A DNA stretch of 33,628 nt from an uncultured cyanobacterium (GCA_903819605.1 CAIJEA010000428.1:1-33628), one strand, 5' to 3'. Positions 20,601 through 29,999 are shown, numbered from the stretch's first letter. Numbers and translations are program-made. Notes: a model not told the origin generated them from the sequence alone.

Positions 20601-23600
20601 CAATGATTGCACTCTGTTCCAGCGCCATCTCGTAACGATAAAATAAGAATGCAAGCTGAAGTTTACGACAGCTCATATTAACTTGCAATTGGCGATCGCC
20701 TTCATCGATATTAGTTTCATCAAAATAACGCCCTACCAATTGACAAACATCATTGGTTTCGGTTGTGAGATTTTCTAAACCCTGACAGTTGAGATTGTGT
20801 ATTGCGATCATCGCCCCCTGCTGAAGTTTTTCAAAATCTGGACGGCTAGCGATCGCTTCTCGGTATAAATCTATCAGATTCATTCCAGTCAAATAGGCTT
20901 GAAAAAAATAGACACAGAGACTATAGGCAGCATACTCAATATCACCAACTTCCAAACTCACTTGATAGGCTTCTAGTAGTATCGGTAAAGTATTGCTTAA
21001 AGATTCTTTGCGATAGGCTATAAATCGATTCCAGAGAAATAAGGTAGGAGCCAAGGCTGCTTTAGAGTTGAGCTGATGACATAGGGCGATCGCAGCTTTG
21101 CCAATAGCATATCCATTATCTACTTGACCAAGCTTCTCACAGAGCAGAAAGGCGTAGATCGTATATGCCATAGACGATTTAGGAATATTGCCATACCGAA
21201 GGTACATAGAGATTCCATTAAACGTGATGAATGGTAAAATCTCTGGTATCCCACTTTGAGCCGCTGCACCGATCGCATTAAACAGATGACAGGCTGCTAA
21301 TTTGGAAGGATCTGACATAGGCGGTAAACTGAGCAAATCCTTAGGAGTTTTACCTGTCATCCGATAGAGCGTAGTTAAAAATCCTAAGCTGGTTTGTAAT
21401 TTAGATAGTTTCTGGGGAATTTGTGCACCAAATAGAGGCAGAATAGTACGAGCGTAGTCAACGGCAGCACGAGCTTGATTTTGGGCTACCAGAGCCAAAG
21501 TCTGAATCTCATAAAATTTGGCTCGATCCAACTGATTTTTCGCATTTTTTAATCCGATCTCAATCAGTACTCCCATCTTAGTAAATGCACCAGAAAGATA
21601 GGCAACTTCGGCAGCTAGTTGATGTAGTCCCAAACTAAGACCATACTGATCTCGCCAACAATGAGTTGATAAAAGCTGTAATCCTGTATTCAGATAATTC
21701 ATAGCAGTATCGTAAGCTGATGACAACCGCGCTTTTTCGCCAACACGCCAGTTCAGATGTGCTAGCTCCTCTCGTTCTTTTGCCGCATGAATCAGAGATA
21801 TACCCCGATTAAGTTGATTGACAATGTGAAATAATGATTTATCATTGTCGTTTCTTAATGTCCGCTTTAGAAGCAATCGACCAATATCTAGATGTACGGC
21901 TTCTTTTTGAGATTCTGGAATCATAGAATAGGCAGCCTGTTGTACGCGATCGTGGAGAAATTGGTACGAGCAGGAACCAGAATCTAGAATCCCAGATCTA
22001 TAGAAGTTGTCTTTCTTATCACTTAAATCCTCTTGAAAAAACTTGTAGATTTGATTGAGGGGAACAATTAGTCCATCTTGCAAAGATTGCCATAATGCAT
22101 TATTTACTGCTGTCTCCGAGGATTTAGAAGCGATCGCTAAGGTCTGTAAATCAAACTGTGTACCAATACAAGCTGCTAACTTCAATATGTCTTGGGTGGA
22201 TTGGGATAGTTTTTGTAACTGTTCTGTCATAAACTCCACCACATCATCATTCAAGCTTTGCAATTTGATCTTGCTGATATCACATTGCCAATAGCCAACT
22301 TCTGCTTGAAAATAGATGAGTCCATCTTGAAATAGAGCCTTGAGGAATTGAGTAGCAAAAAAAGGATTTCCTTTTGTTTTTTGATATACCAACTCAGTTA
22401 ATGGTTTAGCAAGGGCGCGATCGCATCTCAATGTATCCGCTACCAGTTGATTAATATCTGCCTGAATCAATGGCTGTAGTACAATTGTATTGATGGAAAT
22501 TCCAATCTTTTCCAGTTCGCGGATCATCAAAGTAAATGGGTGAGATGACGACACTTCGTTATCGCGGTAGGCAGCTACAATTAATAGATGCCCAACATTC
22601 TGCATCAAAAGTTTTAATAATTGTAAGGATGCCAAGTCTGCCCACTGTAAATCATCAAGAAATATCACCAATGGTTCTGATGTTGTAAAGACTTGAATAA
22701 ATTGCTGAAATAGTAAGTTAAACCGATTTTGGGCAGCATTAGGAGATAATTCAGGTACAGGAGGTTGATATCCAATAATTCTCTCTAGCTCAGGTATAAA
22801 TTCAATAATGACCCTTCCATTTTCACCTACTGCTGCTAAAATTTTGGCTTTCAATGTATTTAGTTGAGCATCACTTTCACTCTGCAATTGTTCCATCAAA
22901 TTGCGGAAGGCTTGAATTAAGGCAGAAAAGGGAATATTACGATTGAACTGCTCAAACTTCCCTTTAATAAAATAACCATGCTTCTGCGCGATGGGTTTGT
23001 GAACTTCATTAACCACCATAGTTTTGCCAATACCAGAAAATCCAGCAACTAGCATCAGTTCTGAGCTTCCTTGATAAACTCGATCAAAGGCATTTAATAA
23101 CGCCTGAACCTCTACTTCTCGTCCGTATAATCTTTCAGAAATTAGGAAGCGATCGCTAATATCCCTAGTTGCAATCTCAAAGGGGATAATGGTTCCAGTT
23201 TGATTGAGTTCATATAGAGCGGTTTCTAGGTCATGCCGCAGACCGAAAGCACTCTGGTAACGATCCTCAGCATTTTTGGCTAATAGTTTTGCGACGATTT
23301 GGGCGATTGGATTAGGTATATCAGGATTTAATTCACATACCAATGGTGCAGGCTTTGCCAGCAGGCAATGTACTATTTCTAAGGGATCATCTGACGAGTA
23401 TGGCAGTTGCCTTGTCAAAAGTTCAAATAAGGTCACACCCAAGGCATAAAAGTCACTACGGTAATCAATTCCGCGATTCATTCGCCCAGTCTGCTCAGGA
23501 GCCATGTATGCTAATGTGCCGTCCAAGACATTAGTACTAACTATTGTTGGAGTTTCATGGTGTAACCTTGTTGATAACCCAAAATCAGTTAGCTTGATCT

Positions 23601-24078
23601 GTTTCGTACTAGGGTTGATCAGGATGTTGCTTGGTTTAATATCTTTATGGATTACACATTGGCGATAGAGTTCTTCTAGAATATATGTTAGTTGCCGCCC
23701 GATCGCTAAAACTTCGATTAGAGTTAAATAATTATCCTCAATATAGTCTGACAGCACGATATATCCATAATCAGGCATAACTAGTACCAACCGCTTGCCA
23801 TAGACTTCTAAAGCGATGGGTTGGACGATACCCGTAAAATTCAGGTTGTTGGCGATCGTGTAATGGTTACTTAGCCGCAGCATATCTTGAGGTGCAGGAC
23901 AATCGCTTCTCATAGTTTTTAGGATAACGGGCTGTTCATCTGCTAATCGGATGCCACGATAGACAAGGGTTTGGCTATCAGCGTAAATTTGCTGATTGAT
24001 TTGATAGCCGTTGATTAGTGGGAAGCGATCGCTATTGCTTATATCCATTTCTTCACTTTTATTTAGTCTTGTACTCAT
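17677..24078 (-). CDS. Trifunctional Ser/Thr kinase - AAA/STAND-type ATPase - GAF - PAS - histidine kinase (HstK-like)
   Basis: HKDIKPSN, DFG, GTLAYMAPEQTGRMNR, Walker A GFSGIGKT, Walker B IFLDDLQWAD, GNPFF, FLHDRVQQAAYS, GAF SVLCTPI..LYLEN, two PAS, AHEVNTPLG, FFTTKPRGAGSGLGL. Confidence 0.95.
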   Translation of the reverse strand: MSTRLNKSEEMDISNSDRFPLINGYQINQQIYADSQTLVYRGIRLADEQPVILKTMRSDCPAPQDMLRLSNHYTIANNLNFTGIVQPIALEVYGKRLVLVMPDYGYIVLSDYIEDNYLTLIEVLAIGRQLTYILEELYRQCVIHKDIKPSNILINPSTKQIKLTDFGLSTRLHHETPTIVSTNVLDGTLAYMAPEQTGRMNRGIDYRSDFYALGVTLFELLTRQLPYSSDDPLEIVHCLLAKPAPLVCELNPDIPNPIAQIVAKLLAKNAEDRYQSAFGLRHDLETALYELNQTGTIIPFEIATRDISDRFLISERLYGREVEVQALLNAFDRVYQGSSELMLVAGFSGIGKTMVVNEVHKPIAQKHGYFIKGKFEQFNRNIPFSALIQAFRNLMEQLQSESDAQLNTLKAKILAAVGENGRVIIEFIPELERIIGYQPPVPELSPNAAQNRFNLLFQQFIQVFTTSEPLVIFLDDLQWADLASLQLLKLLMQNVGHLLIVAAYRDNEVSSSHPFTLMIRELEKIGISINTIVLQPLIQADINQLVADTLRCDRALAKPLTELVYQKTKGNPFFATQFLKALFQDGLIYFQAEVGYWQCDISKIKLQSLNDDVVEFMTEQLQKLSQSTQDILKLAACIGTQFDLQTLAIASKSSETAVNNALWQSLQDGLIVPLNQIYKFFQEDLSDKKDNFYRSGILDSGSCSYQFLHDRVQQAAYSMIPESQKEAVHLDIGRLLLKRTLRNDNDKSLFHIVNQLNRGISLIHAAKEREELAHLNWRVGEKARLSSAYDTAMNYLNTGLQLLSTHCWRDQYGLSLGLHQLAAEVAYLSGAFTKMGVLIEIGLKNAKNQLDRAKFYEIQTLALVAQNQARAAVDYARTILPLFGAQIPQKLSKLQTSLGFLTTLYRMTGKTPKDLLSLPPMSDPSKLAACHLFNAIGAAAQSGIPEILPFITFNGISMYLRYGNIPKSSMAYTIYAFLLCEKLGQVDNGYAIGKAAIALCHQLNSKAALAPTLFLWNRFIAYRKESLSNTLPILLEAYQVSLEVGDIEYAAYSLCVYFFQAYLTGMNLIDLYREAIASRPDFEKLQQGAMIAIHNLNCQGLENLTTETNDVCQLVGRYFDETNIDEGDRQLQVNMSCRKLQLAFLFYRYEMALEQSAIIEKLVGIIDGTISKTLFYFYDALVRLAIYPLVNKSKKRDYLKKVKTAHNHLLQIAKSAPMNYQHKLLLLKAEQLRVLGKASQAISLYDLAIAGAKENGYMQEEALANELAAKFYLEWGKEKIAQVYVVESYYCYVRWGAKAKVNDLEKRYPQLLAPILLKPHPSNLPKRTTSQSSGADSEAIDLASLIKASQAISQEIEFDKLLATLLNIAIANAGADKCVLLLQVEQELQIAALVESGQQPQILSSPISLDLSEDIAISLANKVKRSLQPLVLSDVRQDTQFASDRYILKHQPKSVLCTPILKQGQLLGILYLENSLTVGAFTSDRLEVLNLICTQVAISLETAQLFSESQQSAIKLQQSNAFLEAQRESSPDGILVIDENRRVSAYNQRFSKLWGIPQKILDTKDDYQLLRFVLDSLDRPDEFLKKVEYLYQHPNETSFDEICLKDGRVLERTSTTVKSSFGNPYGRIWCFRDISDRKRAEAALKESEAELRGLFLGMDDVVLVMDRAGTYQKIAPTNPNNLYLPAEQLIGRKIGDFFSPEQTNQFLLTICQTLKAQRTLETEYSIVIQDKEHFFSAKCSPLNDQSVIWVARDVSDRKATEAQLQQQSQQLADYSLTLEQKVAERTEELSQALSNLQATQRELIHSEKMAVLGQLTASIAHEVNTPLGVIRSATNNVVSALNVSLQKLPDLLQNLSPQQKEEFLELVKTSRQNQQTISTKAERQLRKQFELLLEADGIDNFHNIAIQLTLLQANPDLQPYQSILKAANCDEILEVAYNMVLQHQSTSCILQEVDRAAKIVFALKTYSHQRQSEEKSSVQLRDSIEIALTLYQNRLKQGIELIRNYGEVPDILGNSDELTQVWVNLIDNAIYAIGQQGQLEISITQQEGRVVVEITDSGDGIPEELLTQLFEPFFTTKPRGAGSGLGLDIVRQIVHKHDGDIQVRSQKGRTTFLVILPTLSQLKSVPSLESIDE

Positions 24079-24273
24079 TGACTAATACTGTGGTCAGGAA
24101 AGAATTTTCGTCCAATTTTTTTGTCCAATTTCATAAATCGCATTATCGATCAAAATTGCATCGGGAATTCTCATTATTTAAAGATGAGCTTTTTATGTAA
24201 TATTCTCGACATTAAAAAATCAGAAATCGATTTCATAATTTGAATTATCCCCCTTAGTTAAGTTTTATTTTGT

Positions 24274-24300
24274 ATTCAATCAATTCAATCAATTCAATCA
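24274..24300 (+). repeat. 9-bp tandem repeat (ATTCAATCA)x3
   Basis: Three exact copies in the intergenic region upstream of the 2133-aa kinase. Confidence 0.8.
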
Positions 24301-24558
24301 AGAAATAAAATATATCCCCATCATAGTCAAAATCAATTGTCAACTTAAGTTTGGCTTAATAAAACTTAGATGACAATTAGATCTCACCATTTTGTTTTTA
24401 TGCAATTTTTGTATCAATTTTATATGCGAAAAAAAGATGGTAAACAGGCGATTATCAAATGCGATCGCTAAATAATCTACGTGAAAATCATTCAAGGATA
24501 CTGAATTTTATCGCTTTAAAAGCTTTGAGTTTTACCTAAAAAAATATCTAAGAACAAT

Positions 24559-24711
24559 ATGTTAAACCTAATCTGGACTGGTATTGGTGTACTTTTTATT
24601 CTCTGGTTGTTAGGGTTCTCAATTAATTTTGGTGGTGGTTTAATCCATTTACTTTTGGTTGCGGTAGTAGTTGGTATTGTCTACAATTTATTGGTCGGAC
24701 GACGTATTTAG
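24559..24711 (+). CDS. 50-aa lmo0937/DUF5670-family small membrane protein, absent from the ORF track
   Basis: MLNLIWTGIGVLFILWLLGFSINFGGGLIHLLLVAVVVGIVYNLLVGRRI*, showing the LWLLGF...GGLIHxLLV...GRR signature. Confidence 0.85.
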   Translation: MLNLIWTGIGVLFILWLLGFSINFGGGLIHLLLVAVVVGIVYNLLVGRRI

Positions 24712-24857
24712 TGCATAGTCTTGAGCAAAGAGAAAATGTTTGTCGGCTCAAGGAAATCTAGAAAATATGGGATATTAAACCTAAGCACTGATCGTTAAAA
24801 TCGTGAGGCAGTGAAAGCCCCGCAATAATTTAGCAGTAGCCAGTTATATTAAAACTA

Positions 24858-24894
24858 GAAGAGAGTTGCAGCTCTTTGCGCTGCAACTCTCTTC
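24858..24894. repeat. 15-bp palindromic repeat, possible bidirectional terminator between convergent genes
   Basis: GAAGAGAGTTGCAGC-N7-GCTGCAACTCTCTTC, related to the palindrome at 32075-32107. Confidence 0.65.
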
Positions 24895-24922
24895 ATTGAA
24901 GGTTAGAACCAGAAGTATATTC

Positions 24923-26182
24923 TTATAGGATCGTAATTTTAGGACTGTTATACCAGTTATAAGTTGGACTATCAGGATCGTCATCTACACCTAACTTACT
25001 CTCAGCTCCATCGATCCGAATCCGTACTAGATATTCACCTGCCTTTACATTCTTAATCGGAATCTCAATCGTTGAAGTAGCAGAGGGCAAAGGCGGGCGA
25101 TCGAACATATAGACCGTCGGACTACCAACTGTCCACTCATTTAGTGCCAAAACCATCTTCTGCTTTTCGCGCACTATTACATCCAGTTGCACAACGACCA
25201 CAGCCGATCGCAGATTGTCCTCAACCTCTTCCTGTTCTCGTACAGATAGATTGATAATCGTCGGACAGAGCACAAAAGCCACGACATTAGAAGCGATCGC
25301 ATTGGTCATCAAAGGCGAAGTACTCGCAATCCGATGTACTACCTGTAAACTCTGCACCCCCGCTTGAATTGTTGGTAACGGCATTGCCGCAAGCTGAAAA
25401 ACAATTTCTCGATCTTGAACGGAAGTTGGCTTAATCACCAAATCACCAATTTGAATTTCTACATTCTGGTTTTGTAAATTACGCCCATAAACAATCAGCA
25501 CGCTACCTAGCGAGATTGGCTCAAATCGACTACCCTGCACCAAAACCTTCTCAACAAATGGAGAAGCTGGAAACGGCGCAATCCCTGCGGGAGAAGAATC
25601 GCGAATTGGTAAAGCTCTCTGAAAAGCTTCACGACCTTCCACAATGACTAGACAAGCTCGATAGGCAACAGATAGAACATAGGGGACTTGAAATACCGAC
25701 CATACCTTAGAAAGATCTTCTAAGGATATATGAACGGGTGTAATCGATACCGTTTGAACCTGATCGGAAAGATCGGAATCACTTAAAAATGGAAAGGTAG
25801 AATCGTTGCAAGTCGAACGGATCAGTTCGGGCGTAAGGATACCCTTATCTGCAAGCGTACTAATAATGCTTCCTAAAACCCGTTGAGGCTGAAGTTCCGC
25901 ATCATTGCCATAGCAGCTCATCATGTAGTAAAGATCGATCGCAACTTGACGCATTAGGGGATTTCCCTTAACGCGATTGGGCGTAGAGTCTAGATTTGCT
26001 AAAGAAGGATTGCTAGTGATTTGATACAAAAAAATGTTTACTCCCACCTCAGGCGCACCTGTAGAAATCCCTCCTGGTGGTAAAGTAGTAGCTCTTGCCC
26101 CCTCGATATCCTGTTGAATTACAGCTTGTAATATCCGTTGCAGAGTTGCTGTTACGGTCGCGATCGCTAAATAATTACTCAT
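24923..26182 (-). CDS. Pvc16/Afp16-type DUF4255 protein with C-terminal IPT/Ig-like domains (CIS cap/terminator family)
   Basis: MSNYLAIATVTATLQRIL, VNIFLYQ, LYYMMSCYG, LEDLSKVWSVFQVPYVLSVAY, then beta-rich domains (GSVLIVYGRNL; GEYLVRIRIDGAESKL). Two genes from the sheath. Confidence 0.85.
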   Translation of the reverse strand: MSNYLAIATVTATLQRILQAVIQQDIEGARATTLPPGGISTGAPEVGVNIFLYQITSNPSLANLDSTPNRVKGNPLMRQVAIDLYYMMSCYGNDAELQPQRVLGSIISTLADKGILTPELIRSTCNDSTFPFLSDSDLSDQVQTVSITPVHISLEDLSKVWSVFQVPYVLSVAYRACLVIVEGREAFQRALPIRDSSPAGIAPFPASPFVEKVLVQGSRFEPISLGSVLIVYGRNLQNQNVEIQIGDLVIKPTSVQDREIVFQLAAMPLPTIQAGVQSLQVVHRIASTSPLMTNAIASNVVAFVLCPTIINLSVREQEEVEDNLRSAVVVVQLDVIVREKQKMVLALNEWTVGSPTVYMFDRPPLPSATSTIEIPIKNVKAGEYLVRIRIDGAESKLGVDDDPDSPTYNWYNSPKITIL

Positions 26183-26873
26183 CAGTACTTACCAAACCTA
26201 ATTTTAATGCCCTGACAATTGCTTGCGTGCGACTAACCACACCTAACTTCTCAAATACACTAGTTAGGTGCGCTTTGACGGTAGCGATTGTCACATGCAG
26301 ATAGCGAGAAATATCTTCATTTGACGCACCCTTAATTAACCAGTTCAGTACCTCTTGTTCGCGATCGGTCAGGTGGATCTTAGTTTGCCCCTGTAGCGAT
26401 CGCCCCGCATAAAAGTGAAAAATCCGAAAGAAGCTCGTGGCAATGTCAGGGGGTAAAAATATCTCATCATGCATAACAGTTGATATTGCATCATAAAGTT
26501 GACTGCCGATCCGATCCTTAGCAACATACCCTCTTGCTCCCAACTGCATCGCTCTAAATACCAATTCATCTTCACGATGAGCCGACAAAATCAAAACCTT
26601 GCCATGATAATCCAATTTCTTAAGATCCATCAAGACTTTCAAACCACTATCTTCAGGCAACTTTAAATCTAGCTTTACATCCAAAAGAATTAAGGCAGGT
26701 TTTTGCTCGATCGCCAACTTAATTGCTTGGTCACAAGAAGTAGCCTCCCCAACGATCTTAAACTGTAGATAGCAATCATCACTATAAAAACTAAGAAGTG
26801 TATGCAACCCTCGACGAAAATTGGAATCATCTTCCACCAATAAAACCGACACGATTTGAGACGCTATTGTCAT
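26175..26873 (-). CDS. NarL/FixJ-family response regulator (REC + LuxR HTH)
   Basis: VLLVEDD, LILLD, ILS, GARGYVAK, LTDREQEVL..G.SNEDI...TVKAHLTSVFEKLGVVSRTQA. Confidence 0.93.
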   Translation of the reverse strand: MTIASQIVSVLLVEDDSNFRRGLHTLLSFYSDDCYLQFKIVGEATSCDQAIKLAIEQKPALILLDVKLDLKLPEDSGLKVLMDLKKLDYHGKVLILSAHREDELVFRAMQLGARGYVAKDRIGSQLYDAISTVMHDEIFLPPDIATSFFRIFHFYAGRSLQGQTKIHLTDREQEVLNWLIKGASNEDISRYLHVTIATVKAHLTSVFEKLGVVSRTQAIVRALKLGLVSTDE

Positions 26874-26915
26874 AGATCATTCTCTTAGAGGTCTTAACCA
26901 CTGCAATCAAAAGTA

Positions 26916-26929
26916 TAGACTAAAGTCTA
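26916..26929. promoter_or_regulatory. Palindromic candidate operator TAGACT-AA-AGTCTA
   Basis: Perfect 6-2-6 inverted repeat in the 118-bp divergent spacer between regulator and sheath. A second palindrome GTCTATAGAC lies at 26964-26973. Confidence 0.5.
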
Positions 26930-26991
26930 ATAACCCTTAATTTTAATCATACCTACTGTATACGTCTATAGACATAGTTAGAGAGTGGCAT

Positions 26992-28701
26992 ATGGCACTA
27001 GACTACTTCGCCCCGGGCGTATACGTCGAAGAGGTTGATAAAGGCAGTCGTCCCATTGAAGGCATCAGTCTCAGTGTGGCAGGTTTTATCGGTTTTACTG
27101 AAGATGTACGCGGCGACGCTGAGCTTTTCAAACCCATGATGATCACATCTTGGGATCAGTATCGTGAATACTTTGCAGCTCCTGGTTCTGACGGATATAC
27201 AGATTTTGATGCTTACTTGCCATTTGCCGTTAATGGCTGGTTTGTAAACGGGGGTGGACGTTGCTGGGTTAGTAGCATTGGTACGAAACTACCAGGCTCA
27301 GAGCCACCAGCTCCTGAAGCAACTGCTCTCCGCATTGGTACATCGAACAACAAGCCTGCATTGATGTTTAACATCAAGCCTGCTGATGCGTCTGAAAGCC
27401 AGTTAGCACTTCCATCATCTGGCGATCGCATCAAAGTTATCATCCAAGAAAGCACTCCCAAACCATTACCTGCCGATGCTCCTGCTGATGCCGAGCCACC
27501 TCTAAACACAGGCGAATTTTTTAATGTTCTCGTTGTCCAAGGCGGACAAGAACTTGAAAGATTCGAGAATGTATCCATGAATCCCCAAGTTGCGACCGAA
27601 GTTGCTGACTATGTGGTGACAGCGATCGCCGATTCTGAATATGTAACCATTGCCGATATTTCTACCAGTGGGCAGCCCCTTACCCGTCGTCCTGCCAATG
27701 GCTCCTACGAAATTGCGCCACCTCCGTACATCTCTTCCCTCGATCGTTTCGCTCGCGACCTACTAGGACAAAGAGACGATCGCACTGGCATCCAAGGCAT
27801 GTTTGAAATCGATGAAACCGCGATGATTGCCTGCCCAGACTTAATGCGTGTCTATGAAGCAGGACTAATCGACATCGATCAAGTGCATGGGGTCATGGAA
27901 ATGATGCTCAGCATGTGCGAAAACTCCTTCCCTGGACCTGCATTCCGCATGGCAGTAATCGATCCACCACCGATCAAGCCCTCCAAAGGCATGGAAGCCG
28001 TACCACCAGAACGCCAAAAGCCTCAAGACGTAGCCCAATGGTTGAGCATGTTCAACCGTCGTTCCATGTTTGGCGCACTCTACTACCCTTGGATTAAAGT
28101 TGCCAATCCCCGTAAAGGTGGCAAACCATCCTACGTTCCACCCTGCGGTCACGTGATGGGACTATGGTGTCGCACCGACCAATCTCGCGGTATCTTCAAA
28201 GCTCCTGCCAACGACACCCCAAGAGGCGTTCTCGGTCTAGCTTACGAGACTAATATGCGCGAACAAGAAATGCTGAACCCCATTGGCATCAACTGTATCC
28301 GTAACTTTGCCAGCTACAATCGTGGCTTTAAAGTTTGGGGTGCTCGCACTTTGGTCGAGCCTGATAACGTGCAATGGCGCTATATCAGCGTTCGTCGCCT
28401 CATTAGCTATATTGAGAAATCGATCGAAATCGGCACACAATGGGTTGTCTTTGAACCGAATGACACAGATTTGTGGGCAAGGGTCACACGTACCGTAAGC
28501 AACTTCCTTGAAGGGCTATGGAGAAATGGCGCATTGTTCGGCGGTTCCGCCGCAGAATCGTTTTACGTCAAATGCGACTCTACTCTCAATACAAACGAAA
28601 CCATGATGCTGGGTCGTTTGTTTATTGAAGTCGGTATTTGCCCAGTACGCCCCGCTGAGTTCGTGATTTTCCGAGTCAGTCAATGGTCTCCAAATAGTTG
28701 A
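26992..28701 (+). CDS. Contractile tail sheath protein (eCIS Afp2/3/4-like)
   Basis: YFAPGVYVEEV..GSRPIEG, AGFIG, ALYYPWIKV, VPPCGHVMG, GIFKAPAN, LNPIGINCIR, VWGARTL, WRYISVRRL, WVVFEPND, PVRPAEFVIFR. Confidence 0.96.
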   Translation: MALDYFAPGVYVEEVDKGSRPIEGISLSVAGFIGFTEDVRGDAELFKPMMITSWDQYREYFAAPGSDGYTDFDAYLPFAVNGWFVNGGGRCWVSSIGTKLPGSEPPAPEATALRIGTSNNKPALMFNIKPADASESQLALPSSGDRIKVIIQESTPKPLPADAPADAEPPLNTGEFFNVLVVQGGQELERFENVSMNPQVATEVADYVVTAIADSEYVTIADISTSGQPLTRRPANGSYEIAPPPYISSLDRFARDLLGQRDDRTGIQGMFEIDETAMIACPDLMRVYEAGLIDIDQVHGVMEMMLSMCENSFPGPAFRMAVIDPPPIKPSKGMEAVPPERQKPQDVAQWLSMFNRRSMFGALYYPWIKVANPRKGGKPSYVPPCGHVMGLWCRTDQSRGIFKAPANDTPRGVLGLAYETNMREQEMLNPIGINCIRNFASYNRGFKVWGARTLVEPDNVQWRYISVRRLISYIEKSIEIGTQWVVFEPNDTDLWARVTRTVSNFLEGLWRNGALFGGSAAESFYVKCDSTLNTNETMMLGRLFIEVGICPVRPAEFVIFRVSQWSPNS

Positions 28702-28710
28702 TTTTTGTAG

Positions 28711-28751
28711 TAATTTTGATAGTGTTGACTCGTTCAACACTATCAAAATTA
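28711..28751 (+). terminator. 18-bp perfect stem-loop after the sheath gene
   Basis: TAATTTTGATAGTGTTGA-N5-TCAACACTATCAAAATTA. Confidence 0.6.
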
Positions 28752-28923
28752 TTCATATATCTTTAGATATATTAGATGTATATTTACCGTATACAAGTGT
28801 CTCCATTGTTTAAAATTTTGTACTTAATTTTTTGCAGTCCTTAGGAGCAATTTTTAGATGCAATTTTTAATAAATGGGAATAAATGCCCATACACAGATA
28901 TTAAATTAGGTTAGGGAGGAAAA

Positions 28924-29397
28924 ATGGCCGAACTTCAACCAATTCCTACTAGTAGATTCTACGTAGAATTTGATGGCATCACTGAAAAATTGGTTAAGAG
29001 TGTAACTGAAGCAACCTTTACTGGTCAGACACAGGGTCACGAAAAACCTCTTGCTTCCACTAAAGGTGGAAAGACTTTATGGCAAAGTACTTCGGCTGGT
29101 TTTGAAGAAAATCCAAATATCACTTTTGAAGCTTATATAGTTGAAGGAGATATGGATTTTTATAATTGGATGTTGGCTACAATGCCAAAGAGTGAAGGTG
29201 GTCAAGGCAAGTGGTCTGAAAATCGCAAGAATGGTTCGATTGTGGCCTATGACAGCGGAGATAATGAAGTAATGCGTTGGAATCTAACTAAATGTTGGAT
29301 CAAGTCTTACAAAGTTTCAGATTTTAGCGCTGAGAGCAATGAGTTAGCCGTCGAGACCTATGAAGTCATTGCCGAGGAAATGGTTCGCGTCAGTTAA
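28924..29397 (+). CDS. Tail tube protein (T4 gp19/Afp1-like)
   Basis: RFYVEFDG, FYNW, RKNGSIVAYD...MRWNL..CW..SY...S.ELAVET. AGGGAGG RBS upstream. Confidence 0.88.
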   Translation: MAELQPIPTSRFYVEFDGITEKLVKSVTEATFTGQTQGHEKPLASTKGGKTLWQSTSAGFEENPNITFEAYIVEGDMDFYNWMLATMPKSEGGQGKWSENRKNGSIVAYDSGDNEVMRWNLTKCWIKSYKVSDFSAESNELAVETYEVIAEEMVRVS

Positions 29398-29464
29398 ACA
29401 CAGATCGCACAAATCATCGGATAGCGACAGTTTTATTTAAGCAAAAATTTGAGGTTAGGCAATT

Positions 29465-29938
29465 ATGGCGAGTGGTGAGATTTTAAGTTGTTCTAAATAC
29501 TACTTTTCACTTGATGGTCTAGACGAACTTGTTGTAAAAAAAGTTGGAGGTATTGGCAATACCCTACAAACTGCTGGAACGGATAAATCCTATGGAGTGA
29601 CAAAGGGTGGAAAATCCTTTATCCAAGCAACTGTAACGGGTGTATCCAATGACAAGATTACTGCCGAATACGTCGGTACAATTGGAGACAAAAGGCTCTA
29701 TCAATGGTTTTACGATTCGCATTCTCAAGTTAGTACTGGTGGTGGCTCAACTACTAAAGGTGCTAGAAAAACTGGTTCTATAACCCTTTACAACCAAGGT
29801 GGCGAAGAAGCGGCTCGATGGGACATGACAGGTATTATGCCATCAAGCTACAAGAGCACTAAGCTTGAAGCTGGTACTGAAGATCTATTTATTGAGACAG
29901 TTGAATTTGTATACGAGAGTATTCATCGCAAAAAATGA
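29465..29938 (+). CDS. Tail tube protein (gp19-like), second paralog
   Basis: YYFSLDG, LYQWF, RKTGSITLYNQGGEEAARW...MPSSYK...IETVEFVYESI. GAGG upstream. Confidence 0.87.
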   Translation: MASGEILSCSKYYFSLDGLDELVVKKVGGIGNTLQTAGTDKSYGVTKGGKSFIQATVTGVSNDKITAEYVGTIGDKRLYQWFYDSHSQVSTGGGSTTKGARKTGSITLYNQGGEEAARWDMTGIMPSSYKSTKLEAGTEDLFIETVEFVYESIHRKK

Positions 29939-29953
29939 TTTAAAATTCTGTGT

Positions 29954-29999
29954 TTTTAGAGTTTAAAGCAACTTCATAATTCTGCTTTAAACTCTAAAA
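29954..29999 (+). terminator. 17-bp perfect stem-loop after the second tube gene
   Basis: TTTTAGAGTTTAAAGCA-N12-TGCTTTAAACTCTAAAA. Confidence 0.55.

Noticed and set aside
12411-24200. Short ORFs inside the three large kinases
   Set aside because: Antisense or alternate-frame shadows with no independent evidence
28759-28772. 14-nt identity (ATCTTTAGATATAT) with the kdp promoter at 1609-1622, suggesting co-regulation
   Set aside because: Low-complexity AT-rich match that lacks the full TATCTAAACA box, so it may be chance
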